From Calditrichota bacterium (GTDB lineage Bacteria > Electryoneota > B3-LCP), in contig JAGVQJ010000140.1 of the NCBI GenBank assembly GCA_020051775.1, positions 1-51,629 of the forward strand: 51,629 bases of DNA, given 5' to 3'. The translations under genes were made by a program, and so were the position numbers. This document shows, in pieces, positions 19,974-30,302 of the stretch. The notes beneath the pieces were generated by a model. The model was given only the letters and a program-made list of their open reading frames with translations, ran no database searches and was not told the DNA's origin. Position 1 is the stretch's first letter. Every line of letters begins with the position of its first letter.

Positions 19974-21486
19974 TCAAGCATCCATATCCGCCCACCTCTT
20001 CGCCATCTGGTTAAAGATCACCAAGGCGATGATAGCCAGGAACCCGATGACCGCAAAAGGGATCCAGACGTAGAACTGCGGATCGTAAGTGTCCCACAAG
20101 AGTTTGGTCACTCCCACCGCATCCATACCGGTAATTTCCTGCAAGCGGGCCACAGCTTCGGTTCTTGCAACACCCAAGGTGCTTTCCAGTGTCGCCAGGT
20201 CGCCATTCCAGCCCTTGGCCTGACCGAAAGGCGTGTGCTGAGCCAGATATTTCAGCGCCAGTGTTGCCTTTTCACCGTAATGACCGTAAAGATATCCTGC
20301 CATCTTCGATCCCACGAAGCCGCCGATCCCCACGGGAATATTGACGTAACCCAGGTATAATCCCTTTTTACCAGGCGGAGCAATTAATCCGAGGTATTCG
20401 TTCTTCTTGGGGCCGGTCATCATCTCGCCCAGCGAGAAGAAGATAATCCCCAGCAGCAGAACCCATCCGTAGCCGGTAAACCCCGCCACTACGATGCCCA
20501 CTGTGGCGACAGCCATGCCGATGATCATGCAGGCTAAGACTCGCATGCGACGCACCAGCCAGGATAATGGCACCATCAGGATCACTATCAGGGCGGCGTT
20601 CAGGTTAAGCAGGATCTGCTGCGGTACCATGACGCCGCGATCGGTATTGTGCCGGAATACGTCCAGCGGCAGGATGGAAGTCAGGAAGGCGCTGGTGCCG
20701 GAACTGTCCACCCAATCTTCGATGAAGTTGGGATGCAGGTCCCATAGTTGGTACATCATCAACCAGAAGCAGGACATGATGAGCAGCCAGGTAATTAAGC
20801 GCGGTTCGAGGAAGTTGACCAGAGTGCGCTTCATGACCTGCAGTGCACTTTCGGTCTTGGAAGCGCCCGAAGGAACGTCCTTGAAAGTGAAGAGCATGAC
20901 GTAATTCAGCGCGGTGATGATGGCCGAAGCAGTAAAGAGCATACGCCAGGAAGCCACGGTGTGGGGATCACCCAGCAGTTTCGTTGACAAGAACGGCCCG
21001 ATCACCGCGCCGATATTCACCACCCAGTAGAAGATGCCCCAACCCACCGAAGAATTTTCTTTGTTCAGGTTTTGCGCCAGAGATCCCTGCAGGCTGGGTT
21101 TGAACAGCGCAGTACCCGAGGCCAGCACCAGGATGCCTCCGAAGAAACCGGTGTAGGTGCGCAGGTTGGCCATCATCAAGTAGCCGATGATGTTCATGGT
21201 TACCGAGACGAACAGGGTCTTCTTATACCCGTAGCGGTCGGCATAGCCGCCGGTGAAGGTCGGCAGGATGGACTGAAATACGAACCACCAGGCATAGATA
21301 GTGCCCTTCATGGCGGCAGTAAAGTGTAATCCACCCGGATCATCCGCCTGCATGATGTAGACCGGCACCACCGAGCGCACGCCGAAGTACGCCAGTCGCT
21401 CGAACATTTCGATGCCGTTCAGCATCCAGAAGGCTTCGCCAAATCTGGTTTTTTTCTTGGGTGTGGAATGTGCTGGTTGGGTCATA
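19974..21486 (-). CDS. POT/PTR2-family proton-dependent oligopeptide transporter (MFS)
   Basis: EMFERLAYFGVRSVVPVY matches the POT signature E-x-x-E-R-x-x-Y-Y-G. About 14 TM segments. ATG at 21486 preceded by GAAGGA. Confidence 0.8.
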
Positions 21487-21559
21487 ATGATCCTTCTACC
21501 ACACCCGAATAAATTCGGGTGCTCGTTAATGTGCAAGTGGTTGAAACCACTGATTCGTA

Positions 21560-21583
21560 GTCGGGGTTGTTCTCGACCCCGAC
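21560..21583 (-). terminator. GC-rich stem-loop downstream of the pentapeptide-repeat gene
   Basis: GTCGGGGT-tgttctcg-ACCCCGAC, an 8-bp stem. A second 6-bp hairpin lies at 21536..21551. No clean U tract. Confidence 0.4.
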
Positions 21584-21626
21584 ACTTGTTACCGCCAGGA
21601 TTGAAGCGCAGCGCTTCCTGTCGGCT

Positions 21627-23342
21627 TTACCTCATCAACCTTCTGCGAAACACATAAATGAACATACCGATCATGAATGCGCCTAACAGGGCGATGAATC
21701 CCGTCGCCAGCCGCGCCGGATCGGTGCAGGCTCGGACATCATCCAACCGCCACAAGGGGAAGAAGTTGAAGAATGTGTGCTTGAACCCCCACCACCAATG
21801 CGTAACCACCGATTCCCCCCACCATTGGATGATACCAACCTGCGGTGTGAAATGGTCGCTATCCGGGCAAAGTTGGAAGCCGGGGATGATGAAGAGGAAA
21901 GGACAGAAAAATATTATAGCAGCAATGGAAGCGAATACGTTTTGCAGTTTTTCACCGTAGCCACAAGATCTTTTCAATCCATAGAGAAACAGCAACATTA
22001 AGGAGCTTCTTGTGAGATATCTGAAATCTTTAAACCTGTTTTTGCTATTCGCTCCTTCATGAATATTATTCTTTAAAAATGTAGACTTGAAATCTACCCA
22101 ATTTTTATATAAAGCGAATTTTGATGATTTTCGAGTGCATTCCCATTCACGGTAGTTACAAATAGCTGCTTTATTATAATCCTGCCGCTTAATAAAATTG
22201 ACTTTTAACCTGCGATATGAGTCGGCTGCATGATTAAAACGGACATGTGGAGCTTCATCAACTAATGATTTATACGCTTCATTACTCAGGGATTCATTGA
22301 GCAATTTCCAATTCCAATTGATAGGAACCAAGCTAACATCGCAGTATTCCAAGTTTGTCTCACGAAATAAACAACGAGACATATCGAGGTCTCTTAAATC
22401 ATTTCGGTTTTTCTCATCAACAGTAACAATATCAAATTCAAGTACTGCTGATATTTCAAAATATATATCGCGAATATTATTTACATTACAATTAAAAACG
22501 ACTCTATATAGAAGCAGGTGTCGCGACATACTAGATCCTGAAAAATCAGCTATCATTCCATTAAATTCAACCTCCCTGAAAGAAATCCAGCTACTTAAAA
22601 AGACTGCTCTATAAAAAAGTGTTTTATCGCTGTTAAAACGCGAATTATTGAAAGATGTAGTTTCACCACCGAAATTACATTCTTCAAAACTGGTAAGGTC
22701 ATCTGAAAATATTGCATAATCAAAACTCGTCCATTCAGTTGTGTATTCTGATTGCTCGAAATAGAATATTCTTTCGAAGATTGGTTTTCCTCTGAACATC
22801 GGTGATCCAGATGTAAAGCGCACCTGATAAAAAGAGATCATCTTTGCTGAAAAATTCACAAATTCGAAGTTATTTATTTCACTCCAAAATATTGCTTCAT
22901 TAAATGTTATATTTTCTACTGAAAATTTTGCATGATTAAAGCTAGTAAATTCACCTAAAAATTGCGTGTGTGAGAAATCTATCACCGCTCCTAAAAATAT
23001 TGCCTTATTAAAGCAAGTCTCACGACCTGCAAATCGCGTTGCGCCAAATTTGCAATCATTAATGAATTCGGCATCATTAAAATAGACATTATTATAAAAT
23101 ACTATTTCCGAGAAATCCATTTTATAAGGAAAATAAAATCCATCAAAATGGCAATCCTCCTCACCAGCTTTTTTCACTATCTCATCTATTTCTTTCCTAA
23201 ACAATGCCTCATCTTTTTCATCCTTCTGTTCATGGCAAATACAAAATCCGTCAGCCGAATCAGTCAGAGCCGGACGAGGGCACTGCCAGCCGGTGGCTTT
23301 GTTCTTGTACTTGCAGGTGGTGGGTGTAATATCGTCAGACAT
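21627..23342 (-). CDS. pentapeptide-repeat protein with N-terminal Cys cluster and C-terminal two-TM membrane domain
   Basis: Long run of A(D/N)F..F-type pentapeptides (FNDAEFINDCKFGATRFAGRETCFNKAIFLGAVIDFSHTQF..). N-terminal CKYKNKATGWQC..FCICH. C-terminal hydrophobic helices. Core coding DNA is much more AT-rich than its flanks. Confidence 0.75.
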   Translation of the reverse strand: MSDDITPTTCKYKNKATGWQCPRPALTDSADGFCICHEQKDEKDEALFRKEIDEIVKKAGEEDCHFDGFYFPYKMDFSEIVFYNNVYFNDAEFINDCKFGATRFAGRETCFNKAIFLGAVIDFSHTQFLGEFTSFNHAKFSVENITFNEAIFWSEINNFEFVNFSAKMISFYQVRFTSGSPMFRGKPIFERIFYFEQSEYTTEWTSFDYAIFSDDLTSFEECNFGGETTSFNNSRFNSDKTLFYRAVFLSSWISFREVEFNGMIADFSGSSMSRHLLLYRVVFNCNVNNIRDIYFEISAVLEFDIVTVDEKNRNDLRDLDMSRCLFRETNLEYCDVSLVPINWNWKLLNESLSNEAYKSLVDEAPHVRFNHAADSYRRLKVNFIKRQDYNKAAICNYREWECTRKSSKFALYKNWVDFKSTFLKNNIHEGANSKNRFKDFRYLTRSSLMLLFLYGLKRSCGYGEKLQNVFASIAAIIFFCPFLFIIPGFQLCPDSDHFTPQVGIIQWWGESVVTHWWWGFKHTFFNFFPLWRLDDVRACTDPARLATGFIALLGAFMIGMFIYVFRRRLMR

Positions 23343-23355
23343 TCGGATCTCTACT

Positions 23356-23468
23356 TGCCCGGAAATGAATTTCCGGGCTACCTTGCTTCAGTCCCTTCGG
23401 GACGTAAATAACGCGGAAACATCCACTTTAGTGGATAGAATCAATATAGTCCGGGAATTCATTCCCGG
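23356..23468. promoter_or_regulatory. cluster of four perfect palindromes/hairpins in the 254-bp leader of the pentapeptide-repeat gene
   Basis: GCCCGGAAATGAATTTCCGGGC (23356-23377). GTCCC-TTCG-GGGAC (23390-23402). ATCCACTTTAGTGGAT (23420-23435). TCCGGGAATTCATTCCCGGA (23449-23468). Confidence 0.5.
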
Positions 23469-23596
23469 ATCAAGAAATGCTTGACGGTGTCGTGCCGATT
23501 CCGACTTCAGCAGTAAGCTGCCGCTCAACCACTGGATTCGCCGGCACGGGCCACTGCGTGGTAGGTCAAGCCCGGAATGAGGCTAACCAATACCCA

Positions 23597-24927
23597 CTAA
23601 GCACTATTTTTCGCCGCCGCCCTCGCCATCTCCTCAGCCTCTTTGATGACTGGATTCAAGAACTTCAGGCAGGCGACAAGGATAAAGAACGCGAACACCG
23701 AAGTGCCCACCAGGATGAAAAAGAAGGTGCTGTGCGGCATCTGATCCCAGAAGCTGCCCAGCAGGCCCGAAAGATAGTTCCCCACCGCCGTAGCCGCGAA
23801 CCAGCCGCCCATCATCAGCCCGCGGATCTTCCAGGGCGCCAGTTTGGACACCAGCGACAACCCCATAGGGGAGAGGCACAGCTCTCCGAGCGTAATGACT
23901 GCGTAAGAATTGATCAGCCACCACATGCTGACTTTATCGGTATCGCCACCGGCCAATCCGGCAAAAGCCATAATCAGGTAAGCGCCAGCCGTCAGCAGCA
24001 TCCCCAATCCCAACTTTAAGGCGGTGGAAGGCTCCTTTTTACGCAGCCGCAGAGCATTCCAGAACAGCACTATGATGGGTGTGAACAATAAAATAAAGGC
24101 GGGGTTGACGGATTGGAAGATCTCCGGGTTTAAAGTAGTACGAGTGGCGTTTTCGGCCCAGTAGGTTAGCGTCAGACCGTTTTGGTGGAAAGCCAGCCAG
24201 AAGAAGATCACGACGCCGAAGATGAGCAGCAGCGCCTGCACCCGGCGACGGGCCTGTGCGCGCGTCAGGGTGATCTCCAGGGATTGAGTTGCCTGGTCGC
24301 TGGCCTTCAAATCGCCTGGCCGCACGTATTTCTGAAAGAGAGCGAAGGTCACCAGAGAAATGATCATGCCGACGCCGGCAGCCGCAAAGGCGTAATGCCA
24401 GCCGTGAATCGGGTGCAGGTTGCGCAAACTGGAAGCCACCAGCGGAGAGGCAAAAGCACCCAGGTTGATCCCCATGTAGAAGATGTTGTAAGCGTCGTCT
24501 TTCTTTTCGGGCATGTCGCGGTAAAGGTTTCCCAGCAGCGTGGATATGTTGGGCTTGAACAACCCGTTGCCGATCATCAGGCAACAGAGCGCGGAAAAGA
24601 AAAAGGGTAGCGGTCGAAACGCCAACAGGAAATGCCCCGCCATCATGAACAATCCGCCGATCACGATGGTCTTGCGGATGCCAAAGACCCGGTCGGCGAT
24701 TAATCCGCCAATAAGCGGTGTGAAGTAAACAAGACCGATGTACAGACCATAGATCTGACCGGTTTTAAAGATGGAAAAACCAAGCCCGCCGCCTTCAATG
24801 GTTTCCTTCATGTACAATGAAAGGATGGATAACATGCAGTAGAAACTGAACCGTTCCCACATTTCCGTGAAGAACAGGACGGGTAGTCCTTTGGGGTGTC
24901 TTTTTGCGGCCAAGGGTTGCACCTGCA
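23597..24927 (-). CDS. POT/PTR2-family di/tripeptide transporter (DtpT-like)
   Basis: FTEMWERFSFYCMLSILSLYM signature. 12-14 TM segments. ATG at 24927 preferred over the TTG at 24976. Confidence 0.8.
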
Positions 24928-25167
24928 TAGTGGATGATTTGCGTTTACAATAAATTATGGAGTGGGATCGTCCCAAACAAGTAAAATTGCGCCTTTTTTC
25001 AAAGTGAAGAGCCGCGAATTAAGCGGTATTTGCTGGAAAACACTGATGAGACTTGAAAATGACTCTGACAATATAAAATAATTGTGGTATTTTCACTTGA
25101 CTCACGTTTATTCGTGATGTATATTTATTATCTTGATTGCGGCAATAGTCAATAGCGGACATTTCTC

Positions 25168-26484
25168 GTGACAAAAACGTTTTATAAACTCCTGCTTCTC
25201 TTGCTGCTTACGGTGAGTCTTCTGTCATGCCCGTCCGCAGCCGGAGTGGTAAAACGTATCGAAATTGACGGCATTATCAATCCCGCCAGCGCCCGTTTTA
25301 TCGAGCGCGCTCTTCAGGAAGCCGCCGCCCAGGAAGCCGAAGCCTTGCTGATCGAACTGGACACGCCGGGCGGTTTGATGGATTCCATGCGGGACATCAT
25401 TAAAGGCTTTTTTGCCAGTAAAGTGCCAGTCATCGTCTACGTGGCGCCTTCGGGATCAAGAGCCGGCTCAGCGGGTGTTTTTATCACGCTGGCCGCGCAT
25501 GTTGCCGCCATGGCTCCGGGAACCAATATTGGAGCCGCACATCCGGTGACTATGGGCGCCGGAGGCGAAAAAGACAGCACCATGGAAGGCAAAATTGTCA
25601 ATGATGCTGTCGCGTTTATACGTTCAATTGCCGAAAAACGCCACCGCAACATTGATTGGGCGGAAAGTTCGGTGCGACAATCTGCCTCCATTACGGAAAC
25701 CGCCGCGCTGGAAAAAAGCGTTATTGATCTAATTGTTGGGTCCCGGGATAGCCTGCTGTACCTGATAGATGGCCGGTCCGTAGATTTGCCTGCTGGTGCG
25801 CACATTATACGGACAAAAGGCGCTGTATTTGAAGACGTCGCCATGACCTGGCGCGATCGCATGCTCCTGATCATCAGCGATCCCAATATTGCCTATGTAT
25901 TGATGCTGTTGGGGATTTACGGACTATTTTTCGAACTGTACAATCCCGGCGCCATCGTTCCCGGTGTGATAGGCGGGATTTGTTTGATACTGGCATTTTT
26001 CGCTTTCCAGACTTTACCGGTTAACATTGCTGGATTATTGTTAATCATTCTGGCTATACTCCTGTTCCTATTGGAAATAAAAGTGACCAGCTATGGGATT
26101 TTATCAATCGGGGGCGCTATCTCCTTGATTTTAGGCTCTATAATGCTCATTGACAGCCCTTTTCCCGGACTGAGAATATCCTTGGGAGTTATTTTACCCG
26201 CTGCAATTGCCACGGTTATATTTTTCACCGTGGCTGTCGGACTTTCCGTTCGAGCGCAACGGCGCAAGCCTACCACTGGAATGCAGGGGATGATGGGTGA
26301 AATAGGTGTGGTCATTCAGGAATTGAATCCGAAGGGTAAAATCGAAGTCCACGGCGAGATATGGACAGCGTCAACGAGTAATTTCCCCTTAAGGGTTGGA
26401 ACCGTAGTACGGGTAATAGGTGTAAAACAATTAATGCTGAACGTTGAACTTTTTCGAGATGACAATACTCCATCAACTCCATAA
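25168..26484 (+). CDS. NfeD-family membrane-bound ClpP-class serine protease
   Basis: N-terminal ClpP-like domain (LLIELDTPGG, GSRAGSAGVFI). Central TM bundle. C-terminal OB-fold (GKIEVHGEIWTA..VGTVVRVIG). GTG start. Confidence 0.85.
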   Translation: MTKTFYKLLLLLLLTVSLLSCPSAAGVVKRIEIDGIINPASARFIERALQEAAAQEAEALLIELDTPGGLMDSMRDIIKGFFASKVPVIVYVAPSGSRAGSAGVFITLAAHVAAMAPGTNIGAAHPVTMGAGGEKDSTMEGKIVNDAVAFIRSIAEKRHRNIDWAESSVRQSASITETAALEKSVIDLIVGSRDSLLYLIDGRSVDLPAGAHIIRTKGAVFEDVAMTWRDRMLLIISDPNIAYVLMLLGIYGLFFELYNPGAIVPGVIGGICLILAFFAFQTLPVNIAGLLLIILAILLFLLEIKVTSYGILSIGGAISLILGSIMLIDSPFPGLRISLGVILPAAIATVIFFTVAVGLSVRAQRRKPTTGMQGMMGEIGVVIQELNPKGKIEVHGEIWTASTSNFPLRVGTVVRVIGVKQLMLNVELFRDDNTPSTP

Positions 26485-26505
26485 CAAATAGGTAGGAAAA
26501 ACAAC

Positions 26506-26916
26506 ATGACAACCAAAGGTCGAAAGGTTAAAGAGGAGAAGGTGTGCAATCTGTGCCATCGCAGATTACCTCGCTCCGATTTCTACACGCAAAAAACCGG
26601 CGCTGGCACGGTGGTGCTGAGATCGAGATGCAAAGATTGCTATCGCGCAGTCACCAGGGATTACTACCAGTTGAATCGCGAAGAGCTACTGCAACGCCAA
26701 CGGCAGCAGTACAAAAAACGCCGCTCATACCTTCTGAATTATTATAGGACCCATCGTGATGCTCGCCTGAAATATCAACGGGAATGGTATCGCAAGCGTA
26801 AGATGGCATTGGCTCAAGCTATCGAAGGCGCTGAAGGAAACGTCTCTAAGACGACAAGCTCTCGCGCCCTTGCGCAAAAGATTCCAGCCAAAAGAGGTCG
26901 TAAGAGAGTGAGTTAA
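26506..26916 (+). CDS. basic zinc-ribbon protein (hypothetical)
   Basis: CNLCHRRLPRSDF...RSRCKDCYRAV (CxxC..CxxC) followed by an Arg/Lys/Gln-rich helical tail. RBS-like AGGAAAAA upstream. Confidence 0.5.
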   Translation: MTTKGRKVKEEKVCNLCHRRLPRSDFYTQKTGAGTVVLRSRCKDCYRAVTRDYYQLNREELLQRQRQQYKKRRSYLLNYYRTHRDARLKYQREWYRKRKMALAQAIEGAEGNVSKTTSSRALAQKIPAKRGRKRVS

Positions 26917-26921
26917 AGAAG

Positions 26922-26975
26922 CAGATTGCCGCCGGTTGTGGATTTCATTTCATTAAGGCGGCAATCTGTTTTTAT
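26922..26975 (+). terminator. rho-independent terminator
   Basis: CAGATTGCCGCC ... GGCGGCAATCTG (12-bp arms) followed by TTTTTAT. Confidence 0.75.
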
Positions 26976-27025
26976 ATACATTTCCCAGCACAGAATGATT
27001 ATAAAAGATTAAATGGGATTGACTC

Positions 27026-27310
27026 ATGAGCCTGGAAGATCTCGACAAGAAATTTGATGATCTATTGTCGCAGGTGGACAAACGATTCGAAGATCTTGGC
27101 AAGAAGTTGGAAGAGCGATTTTCATACCGCCCCTTAGGGTCGGAACCTCGCCTCAAACCGAAACGTGATAGCGCATTTTGGGGCGTAGCTTTGGTTCTGG
27201 TGGGATTCGTGCTGCTGGCGAATCACTTCCAATGGCTCAACGATGACATTCCGTTGATCCCCACTGTGCTGGTGCTTCTCGGCCTCTACCTGATCATTGA
27301 GAATCGCTGA
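27026..27310 (+). CDS. small membrane protein (N-terminal coiled-coil, two C-terminal TM helices)
   Basis: [32 protein letters not shown] then two hydrophobic helices. Immediately upstream of the stomatin gene. Confidence 0.5.
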   Translation: MSLEDLDKKFDDLLSQVDKRFEDLGKKLEERFSYRPLGSEPRLKPKRDSAFWGVALVLVGFVLLANHFQWLNDDIPLIPTVLVLLGLYLIIENR

Positions 27311-27345
27311 ATACCTGCAACCCTTTATTAACGCGAGGAGTGGTT

Positions 27346-28092
27346 ATGCCTGGCTTCGTTATTCTCATCGCTTTGGTGGTGTTGCTGCTTGCTTCAGCCA
27401 TCAAAGTTTTAAACGAGTACGAAAGAGCCGTCATCTTTCGCATGGGTCGCTTAATCGGCGCCAAAGGTCCCGGCATCATTCTGCTGATCCCCATTATTGA
27501 CCGCATGCGGCGGATTTCACTGCGTACCATCGTCACGGAAGTGCCTCCCCAGGATGTGATTACTCGCGATAATGTTTCCGTTAAGGTCAGCGCTGTGCTG
27601 AATTTCCGGGTGATGGATCCCAATAAGGCCGTGGTCGAAGTGGAGAATTATCTTTACGCCACTGGACAGTTAGCCCAGACGACCTTGCGCAGTATTCTGG
27701 GACAGGTTGAGATGGACGATTTGCTATCGGAACGCGAAAAGATCAATCGCAAATTGCAGGAAATTCTCGATACTCACACAGATCCTTGGGGAATCAAGGT
27801 TTCGTTAGTCGAGATCAAGCACGTGGATCTACCCGCCGATATGCAACGCGCCATGGCTAAGCAAGCCGAAGCCGAACGCGAACGACGCGCCAAGGTCATC
27901 AATGCCGAAGGCGAGTATCAAGCCGCTACACGGTTGGCCGATGCCGCCACCATCATCGCCGAACATCCGATAGCCCTACAGTTACGCTATCTGCAGACCC
28001 TGGCTGAAATAGCCACTGAGAATAACTCCACCACCATTTTCCCGGTACCTATTGATCTGTTTAAAGTCTTCATGGACAAAGCAAAAGGTTAA
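27346..28092 (+). CDS. SPFH/band-7 stomatin-like protein
   Basis: N-terminal [23 protein letters not shown] and [22 protein letters not shown] are classic stomatin motifs. GAGGAG RBS 6 nt before ATG 27346. Confidence 0.9.
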   Translation: MPGFVILIALVVLLLASAIKVLNEYERAVIFRMGRLIGAKGPGIILLIPIIDRMRRISLRTIVTEVPPQDVITRDNVSVKVSAVLNFRVMDPNKAVVEVENYLYATGQLAQTTLRSILGQVEMDDLLSEREKINRKLQEILDTHTDPWGIKVSLVEIKHVDLPADMQRAMAKQAEAERERRAKVINAEGEYQAATRLADAATIIAEHPIALQLRYLQTLAEIATENNSTTIFPVPIDLFKVFMDKAKG

Positions 28093-28093
28093 A

Positions 28094-28867
28094 ATGGCCG
28101 GTAGAAATAAGAGTCATGTGCAGAAGGGCGATTCAGAGATCGCCCTTCTTTCTGATCCCCAGAACTCAAAAACCGAAAAACTGGCTAAGTACCTGGCCAG
28201 ATCGGGTGTAGCCTCCCGTCGTCGCAGTGAGGAGCATATTCGGGCTGGTTGGGTGAAGGTAAACGGGGAGATCGTAACCACTCCGGAAACAAGGATTGAT
28301 TCTGAGACAGCCTCAGTAGAAGTTCAGGGGATCATGATCAAACCAGTGAAAATATTCCAATATATCATGCTGCACAAACCGGTCGGATATTTATGCACTT
28401 GCAAGAAAGGTCGTGAAAAGGGACACACGCTGTTGGACCTGGTGAAACCCCGGGAACGGCTTTTCCCCGCTGGGCGCCTCGATCGGGATACCTCCGGGTT
28501 GGTACTGCTGACAAATGATGGCGAGCTAGTCCAGAAGTTGATTCATCCCTCATTTCAGCAAGAAAGAGAATACTTGATTATCGGTGAGCGACCTATTAGT
28601 AGCGATGATCTCGCGAAAATGCAAAAAGGGGTCTTATTAGATGATGGGCTGTCAAAATTTAGCAAAGTCAGACAGACGGGGAAGAATTCTATGATAGTGA
28701 TTTTGAAAGAGGGCCGGAAGCGGCAGATACGACGGACTTTCCAGACTCTGGGAGTGCGGATCCTAAAGCTGCATCGAATACGGTTTGGCTGTCTTCACTT
28801 GGGAGATTTGCCGGAAGGGCAATGGCGGGAATTAATTGAAAATGAAATTAATCAATTAAAGACTTGA
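28094..28867 (+). CDS. rRNA pseudouridine synthase (RsuA/RluB family)
   Basis: S4 domain (KLAKYLARSGVASRRRSEEHIRAGWVKVNGEIV) plus catalytic GRLDRDTSGLVLLTNDG. ATG 1 nt after the stomatin stop. Confidence 0.88.
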   Translation: MAGRNKSHVQKGDSEIALLSDPQNSKTEKLAKYLARSGVASRRRSEEHIRAGWVKVNGEIVTTPETRIDSETASVEVQGIMIKPVKIFQYIMLHKPVGYLCTCKKGREKGHTLLDLVKPRERLFPAGRLDRDTSGLVLLTNDGELVQKLIHPSFQQEREYLIIGERPISSDDLAKMQKGVLLDDGLSKFSKVRQTGKNSMIVILKEGRKRQIRRTFQTLGVRILKLHRIRFGCLHLGDLPEGQWRELIENEINQLKT

Positions 28868-29066
28868 CTTGTACGGTTGCTTTTCCTTAATTTAGTGCTA
28901 TCCTTTATTGTGCCTATTTTAACAAGCTCATGTATCTGTATGGAGGACAGATATAAAGTTCAGCAAGTAAGCATAAGCACCTGGGGGTCTTGAGTTTTAC
29001 ATAGAACAGATCACTATCGCACAAATGTTTAGTTTAGGTTGGTAAAGTCTCAATCCCTCTAAGACT

Positions 29067-30302
29067 ATGCTGAGAATTACACATTATTTTCTCGTTCCGA
29101 TTTTGGTCATTCCACTGCTAACTTGGGCGCAAATCCCTGATACTCAATGTTTGCGCTGTCATAGCCAGTCGAATCTCGCCAAAACGATGAACGGCAAAAC
29201 AACCTCGCTCTACGTGAACGTTGACTCGCTTAAAGCCTCGGTTCACGGTGAATTTCGATGTTTATCCTGCCATCTTGACCTGGCTCGAGAAAATCAATAT
29301 CCTCATTTGCTCCCCCCAAAACCGGTAGACTGCGCTTCTTGCCATTCCGCCGAAGGTCAGGAAATGGCGGTGTCGTCCCACTGGCATCTAACCCAAGCGG
29401 ACCGCACCGACGCCATGACCTGCGCCTCCTGCCACGGCGACCATGTTATCAAACCGGCTGCCGGTTCGGATTCTCCGACCAATCGCCGCAATATCGGAAA
29501 ACTCTGCCTTGCCTGCCATGCCGATCAGGAAGTCGTAATCGGATCCGGCGTCAAGGTCAGCGCCTACGAACGCAGCGTGCACGGCCTGGAGGTGTTTGTT
29601 AAAGGTGATACTGTCGCCGCCAACTGTGTTGACTGCCATGGAAACCATAAAGTGCTTCCTGCCAACAATCCTGCCTCTCCAGTATATAAACACACGGTTC
29701 CGCAAACCTGTGGTCAATGCCATAAAGAGGCCCGGATAAACTATCTGAATTCCATTCATGGCCAGGCGATGACGAAGGGAATATTGGAAGCACCGGTATG
29801 CACCGATTGCCACGGCGAGCATACCATTCAAACACCGGATTCCAGCCTGTCCAGCATTTCCCCCTCCAATGTTCCCAAAACGTGCGGTCACTGCCATGAA
29901 AATGTTATCTTGACCGAGAAATATGGCATCGCCTCCGAACGCTTCTCAACGTACCAAAGCAGTTACCACGGAGTAGCCAATCAATATGGACGCACAGTCG
30001 TTGCCAATTGTGCCTCTTGTCATGGGTTCCATGAGATTCTCCCTCCTTCAGATCCAGCGTCCACCGTTCATCCTGCCAATCTCGCCGCCACCTGCGGCCA
30101 TTGCCATCCCGATGCCAGCGCCAATTTCGCGAAAGGTAAAATGCATGTTCAGGCAACCTTGCAAAATTCGCCGGGTGTTTTCTTCGTGCGGCGCTTCTAT
30201 TACCTCTTCATTGGCGGATTGATGGTGTTGTTTATCCTCTATATGATCCTGGACTACTCTGGATTTATCCGCCGCCGTCGGGAGAGGAGATCATCGAAAT
30301 GA
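29067..30302 (+). CDS. multiheme c-type cytochrome (11 CxxCH), signal peptide, C-terminal TM anchor
   Basis: 11 CxxCH motifs counted. C-terminal hydrophobic helix then RRRRERR. Confidence 0.85.
   Translation: MLRITHYFLVPILVIPLLTWAQIPDTQCLRCHSQSNLAKTMNGKTTSLYVNVDSLKASVHGEFRCLSCHLDLARENQYPHLLPPKPVDCASCHSAEGQEMAVSSHWHLTQADRTDAMTCASCHGDHVIKPAAGSDSPTNRRNIGKLCLACHADQEVVIGSGVKVSAYERSVHGLEVFVKGDTVAANCVDCHGNHKVLPANNPASPVYKHTVPQTCGQCHKEARINYLNSIHGQAMTKGILEAPVCTDCHGEHTIQTPDSSLSSISPSNVPKTCGHCHENVILTEKYGIASERFSTYQSSYHGVANQYGRTVVANCASCHGFHEILPPSDPASTVHPANLAATCGHCHPDASANFAKGKMHVQATLQNSPGVFFVRRFYYLFIGGLMVLFILYMILDYSGFIRRRRERRSSK

Noticed and set aside
21870-21890. GYG tripeptide (SCGYGE) in the C-terminal domain of the pentapeptide-repeat protein as a K+ channel selectivity filter
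   Set aside because: There is no preceding outer TM helix, and the surrounding residues do not fit the T-x-G-Y-G-D pore-helix context. Too weak to call a channel without alignment.
21935-23235. AT-rich island as an inserted mobile element
   Set aside because: No integrase, transposase, flanking direct repeats or tRNA. The AT-rich stretch is confined to one domain of a single intact ORF, so it is reported as compositional mosaicism, not a mobile element.
24039-24610. 181-aa and 142-aa ORFs (minus and plus)
   Set aside because: Both lie inside the POT transporter gene 23597..24927, whose signature motif and TM pattern are clear. Arg/His-rich low-complexity translations.
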